Assembly (NCBI GenBank): GCA_040954595.2
Contig: CM082594.2
Location: 2,463,219-2,527,218, forward strand
Source: Balanoglossus misakiensis
Lineage: Eukaryota; Animalia; Hemichordata
DNA: 64,000 nucleotides
Reading direction: 5' to 3'
Part shown: positions 11,606 through 24,723 of the stretch, piece by piece
Numbering within the stretch: position 1 is the stretch's first letter
Layout of the letters: each line of letters starts with the position of its first letter
The notes under the pieces: model-generated
Database searches by the model: none
What the model was told of the DNA's origin: nothing
Seen by the model: only the letters and a program-made list of their open reading frames with translations
Made by a program: the position numbers and the translations under genes

Positions 11606-13687
11606 GGCGAGGAATTAAGTCAGTTTACCAATGGCAGTCACATTGCACTCACATGAGAATCGGCTGTTGTATTTAATGAGTGTACCCCCGTACCTAAGGC
11701 AAACACCACACACAATACAATGCATGTAGAGAAAAGGGAAAGTTGACACACTGTCCAACCACTACCGGTATTACGCAGTGGTTGCCCATGACGATCAATA
11801 ATAGGAAAGCGAAACTATCCCTTGCATGTTAAGAGTTAACCCATTCAAACGCTCTGGAGGGGCAAGTCCCTCTAATTCAACGCGTACATGTACACGTATG
11901 CTGGTAGAGAGACAAACGTTAACGAGGGATATGAATGGACAATTTTCATGAGCTATATATGTATAACCCATGAAAAACGTCCAAAAATGACAGAATGGCC
12001 AATATTAGCAAGTTCGGGAATTTGTCATTTTTGACAATTTTCAAAATAGGCCTAAATCCCATCGAGCGCTGGGCCTGTACTCGTGTCGATATTTCAATAT
12101 TGGCTATTTGGATTTGGAAAGAACTTGATGCAATATGTACGTTTATCAATGCGATGGACATTGTTTTCAACACCAATAATATTTATATCCCTGCACCAGA
12201 ATAGACCTGTACTGGTCATTTTGCTCTGTTTGTGGGAGATACAAAAACACGACACAACCAGAATTGGCGAAAAATGGCCAAGAGATACTGACCCTTTATT
12301 GCAAAGTTAACAATGTGTAAAGATGATGAAAACTTCCTCGCCAGTTGCCTGCCTCAATAAAACAGCAAAAACCTCAACAAGGTAGGTATAGGTCAAAGGT
12401 CAACTGGCGAGGAAAATTAACATAACACTAAACACTGTAAAATAGGTACATAAAGAATCTCCCACAAAGGTGTGGGCCTAAAAACGCCTCTAACAACTAC
12501 AATCCAATGCGACAATGAGATAAGTAAAGATACAAAGTCCATATAAGCTCTAAAATACATATACCTCCGTCCCACACGACCTACAATGTAGGTAGGGGGA
12601 GGTAGATGGGGAGGCGGTGGGAGTGAAAAATATAATATTTAAAGCCTAATCACTCCGCTCAAGAATATTGCCTATTATTAAGGATTGGGAAGCTCGCATT
12701 GTTGAAGGCATATCCTGAGTGAAGTGCAGGCCAACCATACCAACGGAAACAAGGGGGGGGGGGCGGGCGGGCGGGGAAATTGCCCCTTACAACTAGTGCC
12801 TATCCGTCCAACATTCCCTTTGGCCCTCTACCTTAAGGCCATTTCTTACCCCCTATCCTTTGTTATATTCCTTGTAGCTTTTGCCCTTCCCTGTGCGAGG
12901 AAATGACACAGAGTCTTTTGCCCTGTTCTTCTTTTATACCTTTGTCATTCTTATGAATATTAATGAGATAACACCTGGCGGAATATTATCGCTACGTGAT
13001 TAGGTTTTGAATATTCGAGGAGATGAACCAGCTCGTTGTCTTGAAGTCACGGCTGTAAAATGGAAAAGGCTGTTCCTAGTATTGACTCCCCCCTTATAGG
13101 GAACTGCAAATATTGTCAAGGCGGGAAAAATGAAGTTGCTCTTCCATGAAGTGTCTCCCCCCGGAGACTAAAGTGCTGTAAACCTCCCCGTCGGATAATA
13201 GAAAACTGTAAAACTTGATCACTAAGAAGCATGTCTATAAATGCGATTATAATAGTGATTATAATCGTGCTTTTATATCCCTGCACCAGAATAGACCTGT
13301 ACTGGTCATTTTGCTCTGTTTGTGGGAGATACAAAAACACGACACAACCAGAATTGGCGAAAAATGGCCAAGAGATATTGACCCTTTATTGCAAAGTTAA
13401 AATGTGTAAAGATGATGAAAAATTCCTCGCCAGTTGCCAGCCTCAATAAAACAGCAAAAACCTCAACAAGGTAGGTATAGGTCAAAGGTCAACTGGCGAG
13501 GAAAATTAACATAACACTAAACACTGTAAAATAGGTACATAAAGAATCTCCCACAAAGGTGTGGGCCTAAAAACGCCATAAGCCACACCCTGGTGTGGCC
13601 GCCCCACCCAAAATGACCAGACCACCCCAGGGAAGGACCCTAAAAACACCATCCCCTGCTCTGGATAGCCATAAGCCTAAAACTTGG

Positions 13688-16527
13688 TTACCAAGATGCT
13701 GGTTGCCTAATGTACCCCTTAAAAGCATCTGACCTCCACCTGCCTAAGGCGCGTATCTGTGCATCAGACAAACCGTCGTCTTTAGCAGCTTGAGAGGCTG
13801 CTCCTATCCTAAAGCTATGTCCCTTGAACCTGTCTACCTCAAAGCCGCAAAAAGTGAGCGAACGCCTAAGCTGTGCCGTGAAATCTCCCCGTCCTATGCC
13901 TAACGGCCCTGGCATGCAGAAAAGAGGGCCAGGCTCACCCCCCCCCCTCAAACGACTAAATTCCCACAATGCCTGAACCGGACACAAGTCAGACCTAAGA
14001 ACCTTCTGAAATTTGATAACAAACACATCGCCTGGTTTACTGTGCTTAAATTGAATAAGGACACAGTTGCTGACTGTGGCAAACCTGCGCTAACCTGAAA
14101 CTCCAACTGGTGGAAAAGAATGGCTTTTCCAACATCAAACCTATTCCTAACAGTGATTTCCCCAATCCTGAGGAACCCATAGAAGGCTGATAAGAACAAT
14201 GCCTTAAAAAGAGATCGCTGATAAACAGATGTGACCACATTTGGAATGGCCTTAATCAGACGAAGTAGGATATCCCTAGTGATAGGGAGACGATCATCTC
14301 GTTGATGCACCAGCTTACGGTATGACTGGACCAATTTGTGAACCAAAAAGGACTTAGTAGGGTCCTGCAAGCCTGCAAGTTTATGAACGTAGCTAATGGC
14401 TGACAAATAGGTAGAAACAGTGGATGGGGCAAGGTGTTGCCTAGAGAGGTGACCAATAACAGTCGCATCGATGACCCATATTAGGAGTTGCTTATTAGCA
14501 TAAAAATTAACATATCATTAATATGTAGAACGCGATCTGACCAATGACGCGCCCGGAAAGCCGCGCCTCTCACCCATTTCCCCGCCCTTTGTGACGAAAA
14601 TCACGACTTTTTCTTTTCAAATGTAAATTTTGGGGTCAAATACGCTGTTTGGGGATATCCCGTCAATTGAAAATAAGAAAGTACGAGTCAAACTTGCTAC
14701 CGGGTCAGTAAGAAAATTTTTCACCAGTGCTTTTGTGAAATATTTAATTTTGGCGTCTACGCTATTTTTTGAGGATTTCGCCTGAAAGATGGCGTTATTA
14801 GACAGAGCATGTACATTGAAGGCGTTCATCGAGAGCCACAGTTTCCTAGTGACGGTGATCACCTGACTTGTCTATATCACCGCGCACAGCAACCAAAGCA
14901 AAAAGCGACCATTTAAGGACATGCACCCCAAAAGACATACATGTACTAGAATACCGTAAGACAGTTACATGTAAACAACGCCGTTGAAATATGATGCGGA
15001 CGCGTGGGAAGTATACAGGCACTTGAAATGGGTGCCGCCCGCCCGTGTCCTCGCCCCTCGCTAGACAGATGATGGCCGCATATTTCCTAAAACCATGGAG
15101 GTACTAAGAGATGCCAAAGGAACGCCCGTTGTCTTTATTCTAGACGATGTGGTTGCGTTATAGTTGTGCAAAGTTTGATTTTGCCGATACTACTCCCCTC
15201 TACTGTTCAGCATGTAACTGCGTGCTGCCCACCCTCACCGCATGTACGTCGCCACACAAACAGGCTGACAGTCATGATTGTACCTATAGCCTGGACAAAT
15301 GATTGTTTATTTCGTCCTACGTAACATCAAAGGTTGTCATTTCACCACGATCATAATAAGCTCTACCGTATTAATTTTGTTGTGAGCCAACTTAAACTTT
15401 GAGCGGCTGGGCTGGAAATAATAATCCCTCTTCATGTAGTAATGCAAAGTAATGAGTTGCGACTTACAGACTAATAAACACTATGTCGAAACACGTCAGT
15501 CACTCTTTGCGGAGGGACGTCGTCGACTGAGGAAGAAAATATTGTTTGAACACCAGCGCAGCCAGCCTGTACGGTTTCCAGTTGGTCAGTTCGCCGTTTT
15601 ACTGCCACTTGCCCTTATCCGTCAAGGTCGTCAATTCATACACCAAGTCACGTCATGTTCCCTACCTTTATTCAAAGAGTAACCCTCATGTTTGATTGTC
15701 GAAAACGTAGACAAATTCTTATTCCATCACGAAAACAATTATTACCAGCGATCGACAGACTGACAGTATGAAGATCAAAAGTCATAGGTCAAAGGGTACG
15801 GTTGAGTCCCGTTTTTTTCCGTGACGAGTTTCAGTGTGATGCAAAATATTCAATTCAGTCGCATAACTAAAATCAATAGATAAATGTAAAAACTGTCTAC
15901 TGGTACTTGTCTTTTGAATGATGTATGGCCCTGAAGAAAGGTCGTGTGTTTTGGTTGCGATGATACCAGTCAGGTGACCACCGTCACTTCATTTCATGCA
16001 TCGGTCTGTCTAATACCAGGTCGCCATCTTTCAGGCGAAATCCTCAAAAAATAGCCACATGAGCGTAGACGCCAAAATCAAAATTAAATATTTCACAAAA
16101 GCACTGGTGAAAAATTTTCTTACTGACCCGGTAGCAAGTTTGACTCGTACTTTCTTATTTTCAATTGACGGGATATCCCCAAACAGCGTATTTGACCCCA
16201 AAATTTACATTTGAAAAGAAAAAGTCGTGATTTTCGTAACAAAGGGCGGGGAAATGGGTGAGAGGCGCGGCTTTCCGGGCGCGTCATTGGTCAGATTGCG
16301 TTCTACATATTAATGATATGTTAATTTTTATGCTAATAAGCAACTCCTAATATGGGTCATCGATGCGACTGAATAAACAATGTGACCGAGGATTCTGACA
16401 GCGGCAGAGATGGACAATGCACCCCTAACTGGCTACCCATGAACTATGTAAGAACTCTCCAAGCACGCTGGTAGGTTGACCTGGAAGAACTGTGAAGAGC
16501 CTGCTGCAGAAGTCTGCCTACTTCCAT
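13688..16527 (-). pseudogene. Ngaro tyrosine recombinase, copy 1 (premature stop, frameshift, 1.9-kb insertion)
   Basis: Motifs FYGFLRIGE, HSFRIGAA and LGRWRSDAFKGYIR. In-frame TAG at codon 28; frameshift near FNLSTV; interrupted by 14460-16371. Confidence 0.88.
14460..16371. mobile_element. 1.9-kb non-autonomous DNA transposon with roughly 340-400-bp TIRs, CAGTC termini, 5-bp TSD
   Basis: Ends CAGTCGCATCGATGACCC...GGGTCATCGATGCGACTG. TSD AATAA at 14455-14459 and 16372-16376. The empty site GACC-AATAA-ACAATG is present in units 2 and 3. Confidence 0.92.
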
Positions 16528-18966
16528 GTCCAATGTATAGGTAGTAACTGAGACGGCACTGGAGTCGGATAGGTATCCATGCCCCGAGATGCAGACTTGA
16601 ACTGGCCTACCTGCAAGCGGGAAAGACAGTCTGCCAGAATGTTATGCTTACCAGGAATATGTTTAGCTCGAAAAAGAATGTTGTACTGAAGGCTAGTGAG
16701 CACAATCCGTCGAACCAAAATCATAAGGTCCCTGTCCTTCGCTGTTTGTTTATTCAAGACTGACACCAAGGCCTCATTATCAGTGTAGAACATCACACGT
16801 TTGTTACATAGCTTTTGTCCCCAAACCTCTAACGCCAGCATGATAGGGAATAACTCCAGGACTGCGATATTTAGTGCATGCCAACTAGTAGGCCACTCTC
16901 CAAAGAACCAGTGAGAACCAAAAATGCCACCATACCCAAGAGACCCAGCTGCATCTGTGAACAAACGAAGTGAGTCGGATGAATGCCACCGATCCTCCAT
17001 AAAAAACGACTTCCCGTTGTAATGGTCTAGGAACTGTTTCCACACTAGGAGGTCTGCTTTAACCTCTCTGGTCAGACGTAAAAAGAAGTGCGACTTCTTG
17101 ACCCCTTTCGTTAAATCGATCAACCTACGTAAAAATGCCCGTCCTGGGAGCACCACCAAACAAGCAAAATTTAAGGTCCCAACCAATGACTGAATTTCCT
17201 GTAGCCTAACCTTTCTTCTAGCCAAAAAGGAATTGATCAAGTTGCGGCACCGAAACAATTTATCCTCTGGGAGCCTAGATTCTCCTAATACAGTGTCTAA
17301 TTCGATACCTGCGAAAACCAAAGTAGTACTGGGCCCCATGGTCTTATCCTGAGCAATAGGAACCCCCAGCTCTGCACAAAAACCTAGGAATGTCTGTAGA
17401 TCCGCTGAACACCGTTCTTTGTTACTAGCCAGAAAAAGGAAATCGTCTAGAATGTGAATAACAGCCTCCACGCCTGCAACCTGATGAGACATCCACTCTA
17501 ATGCAGTACTAAACTGTTCAAAAATGCGACAGGACGACGAACACCCCATAGGCAGACATCTATCAAAGAAGAAACACCCATCCCACTTGAAACCCAACAA
17601 GCAATGATCCTGAGGTGCCACTGGTATGATTCTAAATGCTGACTTGATGTCAGTCTTAGCCAAAAAACATCCTGGGCCCAACCTCAAAATGATCCGAACT
17701 GCATCATCAATGGTGGCATACTGAACACTTGCCAACTCAGGAGGAATACCGTCATTAACTGATGACCCCGGAGGAAAAGAAAGGTGGTGAATAAGACCCA
17801 ATGGGGAAATGTGGAAGTTGGGAAAAGGTGGTGAACGAAAGGGCCCTGCGACCCTGCCTGCATGTACCTCAGAAGTAAGCATGGCCCTAAGGCTGCATTC
17901 ACAAACACCTCTGGAGGGGGGGACGGGAGAATTGAGGGGGGGGGGATTTGAAAAAATTGAGGGTATGTAAGGGGGGATTTGAAATTATTTAGGGACTGAA
18001 AAGGGGGGACTTGAAAACTTTGACGACTAAATGTTTATTTTGAGTCAACAAAAATGCAGTTTCGCGCCCTTTATTTTACAAAAGTTTCTAATGTGCGAGG
18101 GGGACACCCCCTCCCACACCCACCCCCTCCATTCATCAACACCTTTCAATCATTGACTGGTTTATCTAGTGTCCCAGGTCAGGGGACTTGCCCCCACCCC
18201 ATGATAACTTTTGAGCGGCGACGGTTAAATTTGTCCTCCCCAACATACCGGTAGTTGAGTTAATTTGCTTTTGCCGGGCTCTGTATTTTATAAAATTTTC
18301 TTACGTGGGAGGGGGACACCCCCTCCCAAACCCACCCCTTCAATTCTCGGTTTACAGTGTCTCCCAACACAGAAAACAAATACTTAAAAAATAAAAACAA
18401 TGTTCAGTTTTAATACCCACTGATGAGGGGAAACATCAGTTTCAAATTCTTTTCATGGGAGGGCTGTTTTTCTTTTTTACAAGATATGATGTGTTTTGCT
18501 CTGTGAAAGAAAATGGGGGGGGGGGGGATTTCAAAATTTTGGCAGTTCCGAAGGGGGGGATTTGAAAATATTTCGGGTTGTATAGGGGGGCATGTGAAAA
18601 TTAGCGGTAAAAAAATTGAATTCTCCCCCCCCCCTCCAGAGGTGTTTGTGAATGCAGCATAACTGCTTCGGGATTGTCAAGTGCAGACTTCAAATTAGGG
18701 AATGACCCCCCGCCCCTATGACCACAGTAATTTATCGAAAAACCATGTGAAAAACCTGCCAACAAATAAGCCGCCTTGCCCTTGTCGTAGCCGTGTAGAA
18801 ACTGCCTAAGAACTTGAACCTTTACTGGTGACACTATTATTGGCAACGGAGGGCTGTTTGGACACCACGGAAGCTCTGGGAGCGTGGTAGGGACCTCCTC
18901 CTTTTCCAGAGTGAAAGGGCTGATGGACTCCTTCCCCACTGCTGAGACTAGATGAGCTTTTGACAC
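16518..18966 (-). pseudogene. Ngaro reverse transcriptase/RNase H, copy 1, split by a MITE
   Basis: Motifs AKTDIKSAFR, LPMG, HILDDFL and RNaseH FTDAAG/LELFP/TDN. Removing the MITE plus one TAA rejoins NPEAVRAMLTSE in frame. Confidence 0.9.
17891..18659. mobile_element. PIF/Harbinger-type MITE nested in Ngaro RT
   Basis: TIR GGCTGCATTCACAAACACCTCTGGAGGGGG; TAA TSD at 17888-17890 and 18660-18662. Confidence 0.9.
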
Positions 18967-19923
18967 TACACATGGAAATGGGATGGTTTGCCCCGCACTT
19001 AAAGCACTTGTGGTCGAAGCGACATCCAGGGCAGAACTTTCCCGAGTGAAAACGCCAACAAACCCCTTTCGGAAAGGACGTACTGGAGAAACCCGAAATG
19101 AAACTGTTACTGCTAGACATGGGGGCAGCCCGATCAGAAGACAAATTCTTAACCCTATGTATGGCCTGTAACCACAACTCCCAGTGAATCTGGTCCCAAG
19201 GAACAGGAGTCGACTGCTTCATAAAGCGAAACTGCTCATCATAAAACTTCCAACCAGCTTTTTTGGCAGCTAGATCCCGCACCACTTCCCCATACTTCAA
19301 AAGGCCTGCAATGTCTTCAGGCTTGCTCAATGTGTACACAGCTACAAAGATGTTAAAAGCTGAAATCCACTGCTCAATGTAAGTAATTGTCTTAGCACTA
19401 GCAACGGGCTCTAGACATACCTGAGGCCTACCAACACTATCAGATAATTATAAAGCGACGGTGTATTTACCATCACGCAGGGAGGGATTGATGAGCAAAG
19501 ACGCAAAATCGATGTAATCACCTGCCCAGATTTTAGCCTTAACCATATCCGACACCCTTGTAACCAAGGGCATGGATTGGCTTGCAAACAATGTGGTAGG
19601 TTGACGCTCTGTCTCAGACCCCTGAATAGTAGGTGTTCATCCTGGACCTGACCTTGTGGTAACGAATCAACTTGCACCTCTGGACCAGTAATGTCATAGA
19701 TGACTTGATTGGCGACTGATGAAGATGCGGTGGCTGTCGCTGTAGGTGGGCTTGCAGCGGGAAAAAGGCCGGCGTCTTTAAGACTCTTGACGACTGCCTG
19801 AGATATTGAGGTAGCTAACGCATCTGGGTCGATGGTTGAACTTGCGGCCGGCTGTTCTCCCTGTTGAGAACCTGCCTGGGTTGGTACCTCAGCACTTGAT
19901 GACGTGGCCTTGCGCTTAGGCAA
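18806..19923 (-). pseudogene. Ngaro gag-like ORF1, copy 1 (broken)
   Basis: KIWAGDYIDF, WKFYDEQFR and a Cys/His cluster CWRFHSGKFCPGCRFDHKCFKCGANH. Frame break plus a 6-nt insertion near 19447 that creates a stop. Confidence 0.75.
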
Positions 19924-21034
19924 AATTGTCTTGCCCTTCGAAGTAGCTTTCCGCTTCGATGGCCCCTATTGGCTAAAATAATCGAATAACATAGCTATGT
20001 AGGAGTGCCAATAAGATCTGTAAAATGTAAAATAAACTATCAGCAATATACTCCTCAGAAAAACAACCCTTCTAATAAAGGGTATTGTGAGTTAAGTAAC
20101 GTGAAAAAGGAAAACACCTTATAAATGGCCACCATATGGTTACCGAGAAAATTGATGTAATCATGTATACATACTTGTGGCATGCATAGCAAAACCACCA
20201 CTGGGTAACGATAAAATTGCCAGAACGTCACGGACTCGAGGTAACGGTTCGGCGGGAAAAGTCAAACAAAGTAGCAAAATAAACCTGCTAAAATTGATCA
20301 TGTGACCCGTCAGGCGGGAATTGCACCGTGAAAAGATGCAAGCACTGATTTATAAATGATCCCAACAATAAATCCCGACAAAGACAAATTAAAATAAAAA
20401 GAAAACGTCTTTTCTATGAAAAAGACTATCATTTGTATCGCCCGATAATTTCTGGCGAGTAAAGATACCTTCACTTGTATCATGTTGCACTCGTACAATG
20501 AAAAGTCTAGATGTAATATTATAACCAAGTCTCAAAATTTGAGAGAAGAAAGTGCGTAATGTAAATGTAAAATGAAAATAAACCACGTAGGTGAAAACCT
20601 TGGAAAAAGGTAAAAACGGACGCCGTAATATATCAATGTGGGGCTTGTAAAACTATACAATAAAATGTAATTACAACTCGGGCTGCAAAACTGTGAAATA
20701 TTAAATAACATATATACCGACAACTACTTCGTAAAAAAGAAAATAGCCTTAGCATTTACCGCCAATGCTATATGCAATTCTCTACAAAAACCTTATGAAT
20801 GGTAGGTAATTGGCACTTGCCTGAAAATTCGAAGAAAAAGTGAAAATTCGAGGAGATGAACCAGCTCGTTGTCTTGAAGTCACGGCTGTAAAATGGAAAA
20901 GGCTGTTCCTAGTATTGACTCTCCCCTTATAGGAAACTGCAAATATTGTCAAGGCGGGAAAAATGAAGTTGCTCTTCCATGAAGTGTCTCCCCCCGGAGA
21001 CTAAAGTGCTGTAAACCTCCCTGTCGGATAACAG

Positions 21035-21171
21035 GCGTAGGCTGTAACATGGAAGATGGTTTCGCCACACCTGGAAACGACATAAATGACGGATACCAAA
21101 ACATCAAGAGCAGTCCAGAAGAATGTTGTGAAGATTGCAAACGCAACAGTCAGTGTCTCGGATGGACTTTG
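21035..21171 (+). pseudogene. Orphan PAN/apple-domain-like exon fragment (also 32786-32922 and 44102-44238)
   Basis: After a CAG acceptor at 21032-21034 it reads, in phase 1, VGCNMEDGFATPGNDINDGYQNIKSSPEECCEDCKRNSQCLGWTL. Cys spacing is PAN-like; the final CxLK segment was not found. Confidence 0.55.
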
Positions 21172-22729
21172 GCCATTTCTTTCATTATTCGCGTTCTTTG
21201 TATCAACCATGTTTCTTGTTCGGCTCTCTGAAGCGCTATGAGAATCATATTTGCGGGCCACTGAGATGTTATATTCAAAGTTATACTTACGCATATTTAA
21301 CATTGAGATGTTTGTATCTTTCAGGTGTCTAACATAAACTACAGCTGAATACATCATGATTTAGACAAAGACAGTGGAGAGATATTTTTGTCAAACGACA
21401 TGTTGAAATTCATAAAAGGTAGTGGTGGGTTGGCATCAAATCTTGATATTGTCCATTATGAACGTAATAAAAATAACTAGCATGGTATGAAAAGTCTCGA
21501 GTCGTTGTATTCTGTAACTCTTTTAACAATATTTCCCGAAATTGTTTATGGTAAAGATACACTGTGGTGCATCCTTTCTGCATATTTGTTGGATTTACGT
21601 TTTAATCACGATTAGGGAATTTTCATTTATTATGCGAGGGTGGGTCGGTTGGTCATGTCAAAGGTGACCCCCGGCACATTTCTAAAATGCGAATGGCAAA
21701 TGTTGATTGAGGTAATGTACGCCATGCGCTTTCAAGATGATGAATTGGCAACTAATCAGTTCGGACATTAAATACCCATCTTCGCCTGCATGTTAACAAT
21801 TGTACATGTCGATCTGGTCGCTATATACAGATGGGCAGACAGACAGCTATGCAGGCAGGAGAGAATACGCTTGAGAAAATTCACATTGTGAGCTTACATC
21901 AACTCGCCGACCCAACTGTGTGCGAATAATAGTTGGAAACAATTGGACAATACCGTGATATTTAGAATGTTTCATGAACGACTGATTCTTTTAGAGTCTT
22001 ATCTAGGCCTATATGTGTAACATCTGTTCTGTTCGATTCTCTACCATGACATTATTATAGTTGAAAACACCAACCAAATGTTCTCTTATGAGCTATTCAT
22101 ATTTGCTTCGAGTATTGTGCTACCTGTATGCTTGAATTATCTGTGCGTCTGCTCTCCCCTGTTAACATTCAGTTTAAAACCATTTATCGTTGCAAATGAA
22201 GTCGCACGCAAAATGTTAATAGGTAAATTCAAGTATTCGACTTATCCCAAACATTTTCCAGTGCTAGGTGTTCATAATATACGACGTCATACAAAGGATC
22301 TTCAAGGTCGCAAGTATTATTGAATGACCAACACAAATGAGAAAACATTAGTTACCCAGGCTATGCAGTATATGAAATTGCCTGTACGTGTCTCATCATG
22401 CACTCGTTAGGTAGTTGTAGGGGCACGTTTTAGCTACAGTGAATCTTTAGTTTAAATTGTGTTTATTTTTTACCTCTGACGGCATTGTTGAAATGTCGTA
22501 GGTACCCTATATAGCAATGCAAGCATTGTGAAATGTCCCGCATTCTGAGTAATATATGAACACGCCTGTGTACATATTTGGTCAATACCTTTGGGCGAGG
22601 GGACTGCATATTTCACTGAGGAATATTTCCATCCTTCCATCCATCCACGTACCAATCCATTCGTTCTTCCGTTCATCCATTTGTTCGTTCCTTAGTTCAC
22701 TAACTCACTCACTCGTGCATTCATCAAAA

Positions 22730-23659
22730 ATGGCAAATGAGTGGCCAGGATTTTTCTACGATGGATTCTTCTTTATTGACTCCCTGCACGATAAGGACAC
22801 TGTGAAAAAACACAGGCTGAATGACTGGGATATCAGAAGCGACGATATCGTCATCGCAACCTTTCCCAAATCAGGGACGTATTGGATGATCAACGCAGTG
22901 ACAAAGATGTTTGGAGATATAAATTTACTGCTGCCGAAGACCAAGAGTGCAGTCCGTCTCGATCAATTGTGCGAGAGTTCGGAGGATAAACCCGGCAGGT
23001 ACGGAGACCAGACGAGGGCCTTGAAAACGTCTTTACATGAGATGCCTTCACCAAGGTTATTGTATTGTCACCTGCCCTTCCAATTCTATCCAACAGCATG
23101 GAAAGAAGGCCGCATGAAATGCAAGGTAATTTACATAACGAGAAACCCGAAAGATGTCTGTGTATCGTTCTACCATAATATGAAGGATATGAAGTTGTTT
23201 GGCATGAGAATGAGCTGGGAAAATTGGGTGCCCGCTTTTATAGAGGGTAGAACGTGGTGTGGACCCTGGTTGGATCACGTGATCGCCTCAAGACGCCTGG
23301 TCGAGCAGTATGGCCAGCAAGAAGGAGTGCTGTACGTCACCTATGAAGACATGAAAAAGGATCTGAAGTCTGTCTTGGCCCGAGTTGCTGACTTTCTAGA
23401 TCGCCCTATGCCCGATAAGGAAATTGAGAGCGTAGTACAGGCCTGCAGCTTCGGTGCTATGGCCAAGGGGGAAGATTTCTACCGGCGTGTGTGCGCGTGC
23501 TCAGACGGGCACGCTTTTACAGATGGAGCGACACATTTACGCAAAGGCGTGGTCGGCGATTGGAAAAGGCATTTCACAGTTGCACAGAACGAAGCCTTTG
23601 ACCGTGAAATTACAAGTAAACTGGAGAAATTTGGATTAAATTTGGTGTGTGAAATGTAA
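22730..23659 (+). CDS. Cytosolic sulfotransferase, copy 2, 309 aa
   Basis: Intact ORF with all SULT motifs; ALKTSL where copy 1 has ALKMSL; TAA stop. Confidence 0.93.
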   Translation: MANEWPGFFYDGFFFIDSLHDKDTVKKHRLNDWDIRSDDIVIATFPKSGTYWMINAVTKMFGDINLLLPKTKSAVRLDQLCESSEDKPGRYGDQTRALKTSLHEMPSPRLLYCHLPFQFYPTAWKEGRMKCKVIYITRNPKDVCVSFYHNMKDMKLFGMRMSWENWVPAFIEGRTWCGPWLDHVIASRRLVEQYGQQEGVLYVTYEDMKKDLKSVLARVADFLDRPMPDKEIESVVQACSFGAMAKGEDFYRRVCACSDGHAFTDGATHLRKGVVGDWKRHFTVAQNEAFDREITSKLEKFGLNLVCEM

Positions 23660-24083
23660 GATACAGAGCGTTGAAATTCGGGTCTGCCAATTTGGCGTTT
23701 TGATTTTCTTTCCAATTGACTTTGCATATTAATGTTGTCACTATTTTAGGCTTCATTCTTCTATAGGCATTCTCTAGCTTCAATTTTCGTTTATGATGTT
23801 CTTATGACGATGGTGGTGGTATTATTAATATATTTTGAAGAAATTTCGAGACAATTGTCGCTCTGTGCTGACAAGAAGAAAATAAAAAAATATTGATATG
23901 TTTAATGGCGGGTGTTGTTATCTTCTGTGGCGACTACGCCGTGATGAAAGTGTGTTGTCGAGGTCAATAAACTCGGAATGTGCTGTAGCCTAAATTGTGA
24001 ATTATCTGCCGAGGTCAGGCTGCATGAATGCGGGGTCGAATGCCAAAATGCAACCAAGCGTTTTAACTGGCTAGTTATACTTT

Positions 24084-24131
24084 GCGAAACAGCGAAACAA
24101 CGAAACAGCGAAACAACGAAACAGCGAAACA
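24084..24131. repeat. 6 x 8-mer (G/A)CGAAACA tandem, also 35835-35882 and 47151-47198
   Basis: Direct reading. Confidence 0.8.
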
Positions 24132-24655
24132 TGGCGATACCATTATTAAAATAGGGGCCAGTCATCAAGACGGTGGCGTATGATTTTTTTAAAAGTTTCC
24201 AAATTAAAACGTAAGCGAGCCAAGAAAACTACAGGTCAGATAAATTGTTTTCTCGGAAATTCAACATTAGAATCAAATTTGGCGTTGGAAACAAATGGCG
24301 GGTCAACGTCCGAAGGATGGAGGGGCGTAACACAACAAACAAATGGAATTCCAAATGGAAATGTAACAAGCAAGAAGTGGGTGTAAGGTCATGTGCGCAG
24401 CCGACCCGGACCAAGTCTTGCTGATCGGACAATGGTACGAGATTAAATTACAGAAAAAAGGCTTCTAATAGAGAACGTAAGAAAACATTAAATTAATTTC
24501 TTTATTACATGTAAGAAAACAATGGTTAATTTTGTAAACAACCCGGAAATGTGTTTACAGGAAACGCTGTTTTTTAGAGGGTGTGCACTGTAAATATTGG
24601 CATTTCCGTTCCGGACTTCCGGTTTCCTTCCAACTCGTGTACAAAGGTCATGCAC

Positions 24656-24721
<66 letters not shown>

Positions 24722-24723
24722 CA

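Larger units (their letters stand above)
12176..21031 (-). mobile_element. Ngaro-type (DIRS order) tyrosine-recombinase retrotransposon, copy 1, disabled
   Basis: gag, RT/RNaseH and YR on the minus strand. Split direct repeats: A1 20841-21031, B1 13272-13577, A2 13008-13198, B2 12182-12488. ATAA at both ends. Carries two nested insertions. Confidence 0.9.

Noticed and set aside
11836-11850. TTAA-CCCATT at the unit junction as a piggyBac end
   Set aside because: No matching opposite end found, and unit 4 shares TTAACCCAT with different downstream sequence.
22556-22729. N-terminal extensions of the SULT ORFs (356-367 aa calls)
   Set aside because: The extensions are low-complexity (TTCA/TCCA-rich) and differ in frame between copy 1 and copies 2-4; the family-like protein starts at MANEW.
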